A stretch of 64,000 bases of DNA from Camelus ferus. Lineage: Eukaryota. Positions 1-13,959 of the stretch are shown here, in pieces. The translations under genes and the position numbers were made by a program. The stretch is taken from positions 6,450,001 to 6,514,000 of the forward strand of contig NC_045696.1 in NCBI RefSeq assembly GCF_009834535.1, written 5' to 3'. The notes under the pieces were generated by a model. It was not told where the DNA came from. It ran no database searches and saw nothing but the letters and a program-made list of their open reading frames with translations. Position 1 is the first letter of the stretch; each line of letters starts with the position of its first letter.

Positions 1-3000
1 TGGCATCTCTCCACTCTAGGCAAGGGAAGATCTTTCTTTAAACCCTGGTTTTCAGCTCAGACAAATCATAAGAGCATTCACGTATGGAGTTTATCCTCAT
101 AGTGACTCTGCAAGATAGTATATTACCACCACCCCCATTTTGCAGGTGAGAACACCTAGGCATATAGAGCCGGGTGAGCTGCTCAAAGTCCCGTACGGGG
201 CAGAGCCAGGATTTAGCTGAAGCAGTGCTGACTTTCAGCCACCATACGGTCTGCCCCTCCAGCAAGTCCCGTCTGAGCCATGCTGAGCCCCGGCAAAGCC
301 TCGCGTCAGGGACACGCCTGCTCCCTTGACCTTGACATGGTGGGGGATCCAGGCTGTGAGCACCCCCAGCTACTGCAGAAGGAAGCCCGAGTGTGGGGCT
401 TGCTGGGCCCCCTCCGCTTTGTTTACTGCTCTGTTCCCCCGTCAGCTGGCGCCTGAGTGCCCTGCTCGGGGCCACCCCTCCTACTTGACCCACCGCTGCT
501 GAGTCACTCCCAGCTCTGCTTTTCTCTGTGGTTTATAAACCGTTTAGATGTTTTGCCCTTTTTTTTGCTCAGTCTGTACCTCTTTGCTACTGTGTTTCCC
601 TTCTTTTAATCACATTCAGAGACCATTTTCCTCCTAAAAATGAAAAGATTGCCTTTGGTCTTCTCCAAAGCCATGCCTCGCACTGCTTCAACCCGGTGGG
701 CTCTCCTGCAGGTTTGCAGCCTACATCTTTGTCCACCCCCACCCCCGCGCCTGCAGTCCTGCCTTTTTAGTTAATCACCCTGGACAAATCTAGGAGAAAA
801 GCAGCTGCTCCTTACTGATGTTGCCAGGGTGTTACCAGGACAGAGGGAGAGTCCTAGGTGTGACGAGTTCCAAAGAAGGTGAAGAAGGTGGTTCATGAGG
901 GGCAGGTGGTGGTGCTGATTGGATGGAAGATCCTGTCCTAGAAGAGCGTCTCCTTTTACTTGCTGGTTTGGCCAGTGAGATGCTCGGCCACTCTTAGACT
1001 TCCTAAATCTTAGGTACCTGTGTTTTGGAACCCCTATTCTGTATTCTAAAATGCACTTTTAGTGCACACCATTGTTTTGATAGTAAAATAAGAATTAAAT
1101 AAACTGCTTTTGAAATTCTGTGGCCGTGAGTAACTCATCTAACTGACCTGTTGACCATGACTTCTCAGCGACCATGGTGCATCCTTGAGATTCTCTCTTG
1201 CACAGCAAGAAAATCTGCTGTAGACTGCGAACACAGCGGATTTTTGTTATATTAAATTTGACAATTAATGACCTTGACATAGTGCTGCACTTTGTAACAT
1301 CTATTTAAACGTTAGTTGGTTTGCATTTATGGTTTTGTTCTCAGGTTTGGAAGCTGATGAATTTTGTTCATAGGTGTCTTCTTCCATAGGCCGTTGCAAC
1401 GCTCAGAGGCCCCGAGCCCTGTGTCTTAAGGGCTGATGGGTAAAACAGTCTAGGGAGAAATTCTTCCTCCGCCCTTTCAGCTTTGAGTTTCTAGCCATGA
1501 ATATAGGTTCCCGCCTTACTAGTTCTTCCGAAGCAGAAGAGCTAGGAAACCACGTTTGCGCACTGTTTTTATCCAGTACACATTTATCAAGGAAGCGGAT
1601 GAACGACAGATTCCCAAGAGGCAGTGCCAAGGTTCGAATGGATACCAAGTAGAATTTTGGCTGTTTAGGTAGATCTGTGTCCTTATACAAAATCTGTGGG
1701 ACTGCACTCTCTATGAGAGGAGGTTGACAGTGAATATTCATTTTCAAACAACGCCATGTGTTTATGTCGAAGCATATGTTAGACTGTTAAATCAAAAATC
1801 CATGTTTTTCCCTATTCCCAGGTCATATATGGAATTTTTTTTTCAAGCAGTGATCCTATGGTTACACTATATATACTAAAACCATATGGTTTTCTCAAAC
1901 TCCTCTTTGTATTTTTAAAAATGCATATTAATGAAATGTTGGGGGCAACAAAACTTGATTGAGAACAGTTTGAATATGTGGTTCTGGAGAAAGCAAAGGC
2001 TTCCATTGCGATGAACTACAAGCTGTTAATACATTTCAAATGTGTTGCTAGACTGAAAATGATCATTTTCCAGAACATATTCAGAAAAGGCTGACCTTTC
2101 TCACGATGCTATTGCATGGATGAATTCACAGTCATACCCATTTCCATGTAGCCAATGTGGAAACAAGGATTTTTGAGTTGGACAATTTATATAGGGAGCT
2201 AGTGGGAAGAATTTTGAGAAAACAAATTTATAATCACTTTTTACATTTCATCAGTTCCCTGAATAGTTCCTTTAGTCATTTTACCACATCTATTGGTATT
2301 ACTGATGGTGTAAGAAGAGGTGGTCGTTTTGGTAATAAGCCCAAGGCGGTGCTGCAGCTGGAGTTTGGGAGGAAAAGCCTGCCTTCTACCCATTTTCAAA
2401 GCTTCTAAAATCTGCTTAGCACATCTCAGCTTCGCCTCATGCTCCATATTTCTGTTGATGTTTGCAGCCATCTCTCCTCTAGGGAGCCATCAGTCATCTT
2501 AAAGTATTGTGGCATGGTGGCTAGAGCGATGTGCCTGGATTTTTCTCTGAATTTAATAAAACATAAAAGCCACATCTATATGCCTCTGGTGGGATCAAGA
2601 GAATTCTGACCGAATACACCCAGTTAAATGAGATCCATTGACTCAGCTGGAGTCTCGCTCGGCTCTGCGAGAGGCCTTGCAATCACTCGGTTTTGCAGTT
2701 TTCCTTTTGGAAATTCTGCTTAACACAATGGGCGTCGCAGCACCGGGGCAACACGTGGGTTTCCGTTAAGATGCATTTGCCTGAATACTGGAAATGGGTG
2801 ATCTGGTTTGAAACAGAGCCAGCTTTTTTCTAAACTTCCTCATTTTGAGTGGGTTAATTCTGTTCTAGGAAAAAGCTTTGACAGAATTGCTTTCTGAGCG
2901 CCAGCAAAATGTTATGTTAGAAATAACGGTGTTTACCTCCATTCTCTATTTTTTTCCATAAACTTTTAGACGTCCATTTCCTAAATCTGACTTTTATTAT

Positions 3001-3691
3001 TTGACTTGACCTCGCCAATATAAATGGTATTAGGTCATTATTGCCATCCATATAATGGCGCTCTCTGCCTCACAAAATAGGAAAAATAAGCCTTTCCACC
3101 CCCGAAACACAAAGTTGACCTACCTGCTCTGCTAAGGAAGTCAGAAATGGATGGAGCCAACTTGAACTCTGCCCCATAGGAATTCTTTACATTCCATAAA
3201 GGACTGGGACCTGTAGATCAGCCGGAGAGTCACCAGGAATCCTCATCTTAGGTCGGGTTCCTCAGACTCAGAGCTTGGGCTGGGGAAGCTTGTGCAGGTG
3301 ATTAATGAAGCCTGTGTTTTCGGGACAGAGGAAGTGAGGAAGCAGGCTAGGGCAGGGAAAGGTTCAGGAAGCTTGTGGACTTAGCTGGGCTCTTGCTCCA
3401 GTCTGACCCCGTGGGGATCTCCGGGCACGAACAGCATCATAGAACTGGTCCCCCTCTGAGGCAGGAGGGCCGGCGTCTGGTACCCTGTGTCAGTTCGTCG
3501 GGGTGAGGGCTCCCTGGGGGTGGCTGAGGCAGTACCTGTGCAGCCAAGGGTGGGTCTCTGGGGAAGAGGGGAGCCTGGGGAGGGAGCTCTGGGTGGGACA
3601 CTGACAGCACCCACCTGTATCCCTAAAGCAAGGATGCCTGGAGCTCAGAGTCTGTTCTCACTGCTGTTCTGTTTCCTTTCCCGCCTCCCAG

Positions 3692-4212
3692 GGAGCGGGC
3701 AGATCCAGCTGTGGCAGTTTCTTCTGGAGCTCCTGTCAGACAGCTCAAACTCCAACTGCATCACCTGGGAAGGCACCAACGGGGAGTTCAAGATGACAGA
3801 TCCGGACGAGGTGGCCCGGCGCTGGGGAGAACGGAAAAGCAAACCCAATATGAACTATGATAAACTCAGCCGGGCCCTCCGCTACTACTATGACAAAAAC
3901 ATCATGACCAAAGTCCACGGGAAGCGCTACGCCTACAAGTTTGACTTCCACGGCATCGCCCAGGCCCTGCAGCCCCACCCTCCAGAGTCTTCCCTGTACA
4001 AGTACCCCTCGGACCTCCCTTACATGGGATCCTATCACGCCCACCCACAGAAGATGAACTTTGTGGCCCCCCACCCTCCGGCCCTACCCGTGACGTCGTC
4101 CAGTTTTTTTGCTGCCCCCAACCCATACTGGAATTCCCCCACAGGAGGCATCTACCCCAACGCTAGGCTCCCAGCCAGCCACATGCCTTCGCATCTGGGC
4201 ACTTACTACTAA
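3692..4212 (+). CDS. ERG: ERG terminal coding exon (ETS DNA-binding domain + C-terminal activation tail); upstream exons lie outside the window
   Basis: Translation [86 protein letters not shown]...[10 protein letters not shown] matches ERG as I recall it, including the ERG-type (not FLI1) C-terminus. It is preceded by a polypyrimidine tract and AG acceptor (tttcctttcccgcctcccAG, 3690-3691; phase 1). Stop TAA at 4210-4212. Confidence 0.97.
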
Positions 4213-7010
4213 AGACCCGAGAGAGGCCTTTCTCAACCACATGCATCACCAATAAATTGCCACAAACTCTGTTGTAGAACATGAATCAGAAGTGCCTCAA
4301 GAGGAAGGACCACGCTTGACTGGGGCTGGGGGAGGACGCCGGGGAAGAGGTTCAAAGACTCTTAGCGGGAGGGGATGACTGAAGTATTGCTACCAAAATC
4401 AAGAGGATGCTACCAATGTAATGCACAAGGGCGTATCATCTGTGACCAACCTTGTAAAAGACATTGTAAGTAGAAGCATGAAGTCACAAGGACTAAGTGC
4501 CACAGAAAATGTTCTGAAGGCGTGTGGAGACTTTAGAGTGGACTCTGGGATCCTGCTCGTGCAAACTGGGGTTCAAGTAAAGCAACAGAGATCACACAGT
4601 CTGGACCGAACATGCCATTTCTCATGTCATTCTAAGGAAAACTACCTGTATTTAAAAAGAGAAACATATCACAAATAGAAGGAAAAAAAAGAAGAAGAAG
4701 AAGAAAAGAGAGAGACAGTGGCCCATCCACAGACATGGGAACAGAACTCATTGGCATTTGCCCTTTTGGGGGAAATCAGATTCATTCCATTTGATGGAGA
4801 GCTCTCAGCTCTCTCCAACTGTGAAGACGACCCAAAGCTTCCGACTCCTTTCCAATAAGACAGGAACTCTGAGCCAAAGGGTGGGGCTGAGGATGTGTCC
4901 GGAGAGATGAGCGTGTGGATGTAGACAAAGGACCGGAGGAGGTGGGAGAGGAGAAAGCGGAGGAGGAAGAGGTGAGGACTGGGAAAGAAACTTCTCAAGC
5001 GGTAAAGACGGGACTCAGGACAGGGCTGGTTCTGCAGAGAACGAGTCATGGAGACCTGAGGCTTAAGGCGGTTAGAGTTTATACCAAATCCAGTGTCAGG
5101 AGGAGGGACCCGGCGTGATGGAGGAAAGGGAAGTCATAGAATTCAGAAGCAAAATTATGCATCTCTTTTGTTTGTTTGTCTATCAAAAGAAAATTGTAAC
5201 TGGAATTGTCTGATATTTAAACGAAACATTCAGGACCTCGTGGTTAGGTGGAGGAGGGGGCAGTGCTCTCCAGGGGGTCAGGTAAGAACTAGCCTTCTTG
5301 GGGACCACAAGCCGAGATCACCTAGGCATCGAGGTTAGGGGGGCCCCAGTTTTCCTTTTGAGTCGCGAACGCTGTGCGTTTGTCAGAATGAAGTCTACAA
5401 GTCCATGGAGTTTTTTTTTTCTTCCTTTTTATATAATAATTATATAACTTATGCATTTATACACTACGAGTTGATCTCGGCCAGCCAAAGATACACAAGA
5501 GAGACAATCCATGATCAAAATGTGGCCTTGAACATTAACTCTGTATGCTTAATGTTTACAATATGAAGTTATTAGTTCTTAGAATGCAGAATGTATGTAA
5601 TAAAATAAGCTTGGCCTCGCACGGCAAATCCGATCGACACGGGAGTCTGCATTTGCACTTTTTTAGTGACTAAAGTTGCCTAATAGAAACGTGGGCTGCT
5701 TGCTGTGGGTTTTGTGTTAGGGTTTTCCTTGGTCCGGGAGTGCGTGCAAGGGAGAGGCAAGCAAATGGGATGTTTGGCACCCAAACGGCGCAGTCTCTCC
5801 AGCGCCTTCCTGCCCGCTCTCATTCCTCACCCCATCTGGAGCAGAAGGACCACATTTCACGTGGGAGCCTCCAGATTTAAGCCCAGAGTGGAAAAAGGCC
5901 TCGAAAGCTGAGGTTGTCCTTAAGAAATTCCAGATCCACACCCAGTCATGAATCGCCCTTAATTCCTGCTCTGATCATAAAGCAACCCTTGGATGGTGAA
6001 TAAGTTATTGCTCTCAATGCCAACTGTATTGTCGTGGGTGAATAAAACATCACGGGTGGCTACAATTTCTCACTTTGACCAGACCAGGGACAGCTTCTAA
6101 ATCTGCGACCTGGCTTCTCCGTCAGAGGATCTCACCAGGTAGACTGTGGCCTTCACCCTCCCCCACCAGGATAAATCTGGGTACCAGAGTCGGATTAACC
6201 AGCTCTGAGCCTGACATAGTATCAGACACAGTTTATTTCTCTGATCTAAAGTCAATCCCCCTTGACATCTCTTCTCTCCTACGGACCGCAAACGATGCCA
6301 GCCTTGGCCGAGGTGAAGGCGGTTCAGGAGGTGGGAGGCCAGGCCGTGGGAGGGAGCAAACCTGGGCAGCTCCTGAGCCTGAGTCAGTTTCTGACTTGGC
6401 CCATCTCATTGCCGTCTGGGGGCTTGTTTTGCACTCTGTAATCCTTCTGCGATGATTAAATGAAGTTGCCAAACCTCTGTGCTCTGGGTATTTTGGCAGT
6501 GGTCTTTCAAGTCCGTAGGATCCGATTACCAAAGCTGCAGACACTCGGCATTACTTGGATTAAAAGAAGTCCAACCATCAATCAGTTCCAGCAGCTTGGG
6601 AAAGGTCCACAAAGTGCCTGGATCTCCTTAGGGGAGATAAGTAAATAAATAAAAACATAGAAGCTGGCAGCTGGGACGCCTGCACTGTTCTGATGGAAGA
6701 GATCAGTCATTTTTATTTTGAGTACAAAGTCAAAGCACACCTACTTTCTGCATATAAATAGACATTTACTCGGATAATCACTCAATTCCACTCTTTCAGG
6801 ATTGTATCGTGGGCGAATTAATATAAACAAGACACTGAGTCTCATATTCAGTTTTCACAGATGTTTTCATTTAGGTTCCCCAACTGCCCCCCGCCCCCGT
6901 ATCCGGATTATTAGCAAACTTTATGACAAGCATGAGCAACTGGGATCATTTTGGATAACATGCTAATGCTGAGCTCTCCCAAATAAATAATTCTTCAATT
7001 ACATCCTAAA
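4213..7010 (+). other. ERG: ERG 3' UTR (distal end approximate)
   Basis: Follows the stop codon. Contains a repeat-free AT-rich block at ~5350-5690 and AATAAA hexamers at 5599-5604, 6041-6046, ~6644-6653 and 6982-6987. Confidence 0.7.
5599..5604 (+). promoter_or_regulatory. Candidate proximal polyadenylation signal of ERG
   Basis: AATAAA with upstream TGTA motifs (tgtatgtAATAAA); GT-rich sequence at ~5700-5730. Confidence 0.55.
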
Positions 7011-7672
7011 ATAACGTTCCTTCTCTGCTCCTGCATAGTTGCATTCCAGAGCACTCTCCAGTTGCTGTTCATAATCATATGAAGAACCTTTTTCTCTCTG
7101 CTTTTCCCGTTTTGCCCTGACGTACACTCACCATGATCCCGGCAGAATCTCACTTCTACTGGCAAGGGATCTTCCCTCTTTTCTTGTTTTAAACAGTCAT
7201 GGGGGCTTTGTACTTGGTGGGATCTCTGCAGATCCCTAAATCTCAATTAAGACTTCATTTTTGCTCCCAGTTTGATTTCCTTGCTATGAGTCAGAGGGGT
7301 TCATGATGAAAGTGATTTGTCAGGACTGGTGCAGGAGAGGACTTTCTGCTCCCCGGGGCACCTCTGTGCTGCTGCAGCCCCTGCCACCTGGGAATGAGGG
7401 CCCGGATAGATGGGGGATGCAGCAGGGACCACTAACACCCGGGATGTGGGGCAGTGATGGCAAATGGGAGAACATGGAGGTCCCACAGGCCCCCACGTGG
7501 GACCTGTAACCTGTTTTTTTTTTTTTTTTTAATCTGGTTTAACTGTTTTTTCATTGTTCCACCCAAATGGGAGTTCTGAGATGACTACTCAGAGAATGAA
7601 AAACACTTTGGGCTACTCAAAGGTGTCTCAAGTTTTGTTCCTTCTTTTTATCTTAACCTTGGTTTAAAAAAT

Positions 7673-7816
7673 GGAGGAGGTAATAGCTCAGTGGTAGAGT
7701 GCCTGCTTAGCATGTGCAAGGTCCTGGGTTCAATCCCCAGTACCTCCATTTATAAGTAAATAGATAAATAAACCTAATTACCTGCCCCCCCAAAAAAATA
7801 AAAAATAAAAAATAAA
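7673..7816 (+). mobile_element. tRNA-derived SINE, Vic-1-like (camelid)
   Basis: ggaggaggtaatagctcagtggtagag (A box)...gggttcaatcccc (B box), then taaataaacctaattacctgccccccc and an A-rich tail. Confidence 0.85.
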
Positions 7817-7962
7817 CTTCTTGAAGTCATAATCAGATGCAAAAAAACTTAATTTGTATGAAAAAATCTTGGTGAAATGTTTCCATGTCACATGGGGAAA
7901 AGATTGGATATAGAAACCAAATGTTAGAAATAACTAAAACCTCCTCATTTATCATAGAGCAG

Positions 7963-8143
7963 CAGTTCTCAGGGTAGGGTCCCAGGGCCGGAAGCAGCCT
8001 CCCCTGGGAACTTGTGAAGTCTGCAAAGTCTTCGGACCCACTGCAGACCTGCTGAATCAGAAACTCTGGAGGTGGGGCTCAGCCATCAGATCCAACACCC
8101 CTTACAGGTGATTCAAAAAGCAAGCTGAAGTTTGGGAACCACT
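7963..8143. mobile_element. MER5A-like hAT DNA transposon remnant
   Basis: cagttctca...cagacctgctgaatcagaaactctggaggtggggctcagc...aagtttgggaaccactg; typical MER5 core and termini. Confidence 0.7.
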
Positions 8144-8340
8144 GCAACAGAGGAAAAGATAATCTGTGTCTGTGTGTGGAGCGTTCAGTGTGAAATCTCA
8201 AACTTGTAACATTTTCCTTCCGTGGCCACATGAAAATCAACCATCAGGGAAGCCAGTGTACTCTGGAAGCATCATCCTGAGTTGCTTCTGACTCAGCTCT
8301 TCTGAGCAACTCTCCTCCCTACTGTTTACTCGCTTCCATG

Positions 8341-8968
8341 TGTGTTAGTTATCTACTGCTGTGTAACAAATTACCATAAACTCAGCATCTGGAAACAACA
8401 CACATCTGTTATCTCGCAGTTCCCAGGTCAGGAGTCCAGGCACAGTTTAGCTGGGTCCTCTGATCACAGTCTCACCAGGCTGAAGTCAAGGAACCAGTCA
8501 GGACTGTGATCTTATCTGAGGATGGGGTCCTTTTCCAAGCTCCCTGGTTGCTGGCAGAATTTAGTTCCTTGCAGTTGTAGGACTGAAGTCCTTTTTCCTT
8601 ACCAGCCATCACCAGGAGCCACTCTCAAGTCTTAGAGGCCACTAGAGGTCCTTGCCACGTGGCCCTCTCCACAGCAAGGCAGTGGCTCCTTCAAGGCCAG
8701 CAGGAGAACCTCTCTCCTTTCAAATCTCTGACTTCTTTTAAGTGCTCACTTGACTAGGTCAGGCCGAGGATAATCTTTTTTATTCATTCAGTGTCTAGTG
8801 ATTAAGGGCCTTAACTATATCTGCAAAATTCAGATAACATAACTAAATCATGGGATGAGAACCCATCACAGTCAAAGGTCCTGCTCACACTCAAGCAGAG
8901 AGGATTCTGTAGGGCATGTACTCCAAGGGATGGAAAACTTATGTGTCATCTTAGAATTCTGCCTACAT
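8341..8968 (-). mobile_element. MLT1 (MaLR) solo LTR
   Basis: Starts tgtgttagttatctactgctgtgtaacaaattacc...; ends cttagaattctgcctaca; internal ggcagaatttagttccttgcagttgtagg motif. Confidence 0.7.
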
Positions 8969-11900
8969 ACCATGGATATACTGCCTGTCTTCTAGCATTT
9001 TCTAAAATCCTCTGGCCAATCAAACCTTTTTAAAACACACATTGCTCCAAATGCCAGCCTTGACTCAGCAGCACTATAAGCCTGAGGTCCTGGTCTCCAT
9101 GGCTTCCTCTTCCACTGGCAATGTGGACTTCTCTGAACAAGTCTAAAATCTGGCCAGTCTGAAAACCTTTATGTTGAAAATGTAAGGGCAAGTGCTAACT
9201 TTTTAATAGTATTTATATATTTTTTGGAGTCTATGGAAGAAGCAGCCCAACTTCATTCTGTATAGAAATAACTGCGCAAACTCATCTAAATTACAATTTT
9301 TCTATTTCAAATTAATTTTATAAAGTGAGATCCTTTCATTTGTTTTCTCATAAAAAGCTTTTACAAGATATTATTCTGGCAAGGCAATAATCATTTGCTT
9401 ATCATTTGTGTCAGAACATGTTGACTTACAGACTCAGGAAGGCAGCATGTTAAACATAAGAACTTGATGAAAAAAAATAGGAGTTTTTCATGATTCATAG
9501 ACACACAGCACATTCCCTAAAGAAAATAATAAAAAAAATGGTAGCCAGAATAAACTTCATAAGGCAGTTTTGAGATTGTACAAAGTCATGACTGATTGAG
9601 TGAGCACAGCCAACGAGTACTGATTAAAAAAGATCGAGATGCACCTGGAAAAGAGGTCCCAGGGACAGACTCCAGGCCTCTGCCCTTGACCTTATTTATT
9701 GATATCTTACTAGAGTGAAGACATAGAAGGTACTCTGACAACAACTCCAGATGCTGTGGGCTAAGGGGAAAATAGGTGACATTATAAGTTCAGCATTTTG
9801 AAGAGCAGGCTGAAGGGATGGGTCAAATCAATCAAACTTACTGGAGCTTAGTGATGTTAGGATCTGCATCACATTGAACACACCTAAGAGCTGGACTGAG
9901 CAAAAGCACAGGTGGACAGCACTTCCGGATTTTGCAGGTGATAGCAGTGATGATGTGGAATATTCAATATTTAATGAGCTAAGGGGCAGGGGCAGGCACT
10001 GTGCTGAGCACATCAGGTGCACTGTCTCATTACTCCTTCCAATTGCCCTCTGGATACCAATTAAAACTAAAAAATCCTGACACTCAGATGAAACAATTTA
10101 CCTAGCTCACCTGCCCCCCAAGGTAAGAGAGTGAGCTAACGCTTGTCCCAGGACTGACTTCCAAACCTCTATTCTTAATCTTAAGCTATGTCATCTCATA
10201 TTGACAGGACTTGGGAAAGAGATGTGATTGCCCAAAAGTAGGTTCCATTAAAAAAAAAAATAGATTGTGAAAGAGAACTTATTTATTCTGTTTTGAATGG
10301 ATGCCACCCACAACTCTGGACGTACATTTGCAGAGGCACACAGGCCAGCTAGAACAAGCCCAGCAGAGAAAGATGAGGGGAAAGAGGGAACCCAAGATTA
10401 TGCCATGGGAGAGCAGGTGAAGGGACTGCCCAGTGTATCTACCGGAAGCAGGATTACATTTATGGTCCGTCCATCCAGGACCCAAGCACAGTGAATGGCA
10501 GGATTAAGCTGTCCATCATGCCCTCAGCTGTGAGATGAATGAACATCTGGAAAGGTAACTGTTGAGGCCAAAGGTGGACTCAGCAGGGATGCCCGTTGGC
10601 CAAACTCAAGGAAGAACTTTTTGACAGAGGAGCTCCACATGGAATGGCCAATCCTTTGCCCAGGAGTAGCTGGATGTGGATGTGCTCAAGGACAGACCAT
10701 GTGACTCTTCACCAGATATTTAGCAGCACTTGGTAGGTGGACTAATTGGATGTAATTTGTATTCTGTAAAATGATGAAGATGATAAGGTGTCATATATGT
10801 ACATGGAAGATCATGAAAAATGGTCTGAAATGTGTGATGGCTTGGAAACCCCACTCTTGGCCAGTATCACTTAGTCCTAAGGGCAGGAGCACATTTGGGG
10901 GTTAAACACTATATAGCCACTAGAAGCCCCCCAAATCTGCTTGTCCTGTGACTCTGTCTCCAGATTGAATTGAGCTCACTTTGCTTGGAGGTTAAAATCC
11001 ATCATATCAGTTCAACACCACAGGGCCCTGGTGAATGGGGAGAGGCAGCTGGCTGGTGGGACTGCTGAACTTCCCCTCCACGTTTTCTCACTTAAGAGGA
11101 AGACCGCCCCACTGCAACACTCTCCCATAAAGGCACACATCGTGGGGGTTGTTGGTCACAGCCTGCTCAGCATTAGTCACGGCTCAGCTGGAAGAGTAAG
11201 GGCTGCCCCAGGGAGCCTCAGCCCAGCTCCAGACTCACCGTTTCCACCTCCCAGCAGGCCTCGGAGGCTGGGAGCCGAGCCTGGGAGCCAAGGCTGGCTT
11301 TCCACTTAAGATGCTATGGAAAGCATGGGAGCAGAAGTTAAATATGTAAGAAACAATTTGGGCTGGAAGTTAGGAAACCATTTGGTAAGGTCTCTTGACT
11401 AGAAGGCCAGGATATTCCAAGAACGTGGCAGGAGGTGGGCAGAGCTCGGAGTTACTCACCTTCTCCAAAGAGGGTGATACCCAGGGAGAGAGTGACCAGA
11501 ATCGATTTCCAGCAGGGTAAGTCCCGCCTCTTCCTGTGGGAGGGACCGGAAGGGGTGGGGAGAGAGCAAGAGTGACTGTGGGGTGGTCACTGGGTTTCAA
11601 ACCTACATTGTCTGGTCTGTGCTCACAGTGTAGTGGCCTTATTCCAATTAAGAAGAAAACACTAACATGTTCTAAATCACTCACTCAGGGAAGACCGAGC
11701 ACTTGTTAAGGTCATTTAATCCAAGTTCACATGGCTGTTAAGTGGCAGGGACAGGATCCGAATGAAAGTCTGACTCCAAAGTTTCTATGTGCAGCCGCTG
11801 TGGTGTTCTGCCTGTCAAAGAAAGCTGAATTAGGAGTAAAACCATAGGCTGGGCACCAATTATTCATGAATTATTATTCATATGATGGTAGGAATCTGGA

Positions 11901-12039
11901 TAAGACAGGAGGAAACTGGTAGGAAGGGAAAACAGTAAGTAAGTAAAACATTTAAAATTCTTGTATGATTCAAGACAAGATGTCAATATTATGGACAAAG
12001 CAAGATGTCTGCCAAAAAGAATAGTAATAAACTATAGAT

Positions 12040-13720
12040 AAAGAAAAAAAGAAAGAGAAGAATCGTGTTCATGGAGTTGATGATTCAGTATTATGAAAAT
12101 GTCGATTATTTGCAAAATCTAGAAATTGACTGCAATCCCTATCAAAAACCCCCAACAGTTTTTTTTTCCTTTTTACCTGTACAAGCAAATTTAAAACTTT
12201 ATACAGAGGCCCAGATTAACCAAGACATTCTTAAAGAAAACACAGTCTATATCTTATGGGTTTTGTCCTCCCAGATACTAAATCTTAATAAAGTTCTAGT
12301 AATTAAGAATTACAAGGTGAGATGGCTCAGAAAGAGAAAAGTAGATGAATGGAAAAAAGAAAAGTCCATAAACAAATCCACATACATGGATACCTAATAT
12401 AATCAGAAATGATACTGAAGATCAGTGCAGTGAGAATGCACCTTTTAATAAATGGAGCTAAAATGGAAATCTATGTTGGGAAAAATATAATGGAGTGTTA
12501 CATAATACCACACAAAAATCAGTTACATCTGGTTAAGGCTAAAATTTAAAATGCAAAAGCACAAAGATTTTCAAAGATCGTACAGAAAAATATCTTCATG
12601 ACCTTGAGGTACAAAAGAATTTTTTAACATGACAAAAAACTACAAGAAATAAAAGAAATATTGATAAAATTTTCTGTGTTAAAATGAAGAACTTCTTTTC
12701 ATTTTAATAGATATCATTAAAGAGAGTGAAAAGACAAACTACCCTCCAGGAAACGGTATTTGTAACCCATATAACCTGCAAAGCACTAGTATCCAGGATG
12801 TGTAACTTACAAATCAATGGGAAAAAGAACAACAGAAAAATAATGTAAAATAATTGAATAGCTCACTTCCCAAGAGTGGAAACATGATGGACAATAAATG
12901 AATGGGTAGTGATCAAGTTCATAGTAATTGAGGATGTGTAAATTAAGACCAAAATGATATCCATTTTATACCCGCCGTATTGGCAAATATTAAAAAAATC
13001 CAATCATGAGCCATGATGGTGAGGATGTTAAAAAAAAAAAAAAAAGGAGCACTCATGCACCACTGCGGGTAGCAGAGACTGGGTACAATCTCTTTGGAAA
13101 ACAGTTCGGCATTCTTTGGCATTCACTGTAGAACAGATGAAGTGTACACCCAAAATCTTGTTAGGGAAATTCCGAAGGAAACTAGGAACCTTTCACAAGT
13201 CCACTGGGATAGGACACATGAACCACTATGTCTCTCTAAGCATGCTTGTAATAATAACAACTGGAAACAGCCCAAGGATCCATCCACATTAGATTAGATA
13301 AGCCAGTTTCAGTATGTCCACCTAATGGAAATATATACAGCTATGAGAGAAACTCACAAATTTAACATTGAACCAAAGAAACAAATACCTGGAAAACACA
13401 GGCAATATGGTTCCATTTGTTTAGATTTCAAAAGCAGGCAAAGACAAATAATACACTGTTCAGAGATCATGCAGAGGTGTTCAAAGAATGACTGAAAACA
13501 AGGGATTAATAATTTCAAGATCAAGATAGTGATCTCCTCTCAGTGAGAAGAAGAGGGATGGGGTCAAGGAGGGAAACTCAGGTATTTTAAAAACCTGGCA
13601 ATGTTCTTTTTCCATTGTGGGAAATATTTCTTTATTTGCTCTGTCCATTTATTTTAAACACTGTTCTGTGCATATGATGTATCTTCTGATACAAATGTCT
13701 TTTAAAATGCTGTCAAAAAG
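12040..13720 (+). mobile_element. Ancient L1M LINE fragment (ORF2 3' part and 3' UTR), decayed
   Basis: tgcaatccctatcaaaaacc, gtgaaaagacaa, ctttggaaaacagtt, acaactggaaacagcccaagg motifs; no intact frame. Confidence 0.7.
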
Positions 13721-13959
13721 AGGACAAACACATAGACAGCCACAGCTTCACAGCCACCAGCAGCACGCTGCTGGAGCAGCGTTTAGCAGCACTGCGGAAC
13801 GTGCTGCCCTCTGACTGCTCCCGGCAAAGGATGCTCCGTTTCCTCTGGTGAGGTGGCTGAACGTTCACTCTCAGTACAATGAGTTTCGGTATTCCCCAGA
13901 AAGCTTTACTTCCTCTACCAAGTGCTCTCTGGGGGTTAGCTACTGTTGATGAATATCTG

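Noticed and set aside
3487..3691. N-terminal 68 codons of the 241-aa ORF containing the ETS domain
   Set aside because: Intronic read-through from a GTG. A clear acceptor at 3690-3691 marks the true exon start.
7673..7750. tRNA-like sequence (also at 57181 and 57303)
   Set aside because: Followed by the SINE body and A-rich tail, with TSDs at the 57-kb copies: SINE heads, not tRNA genes.
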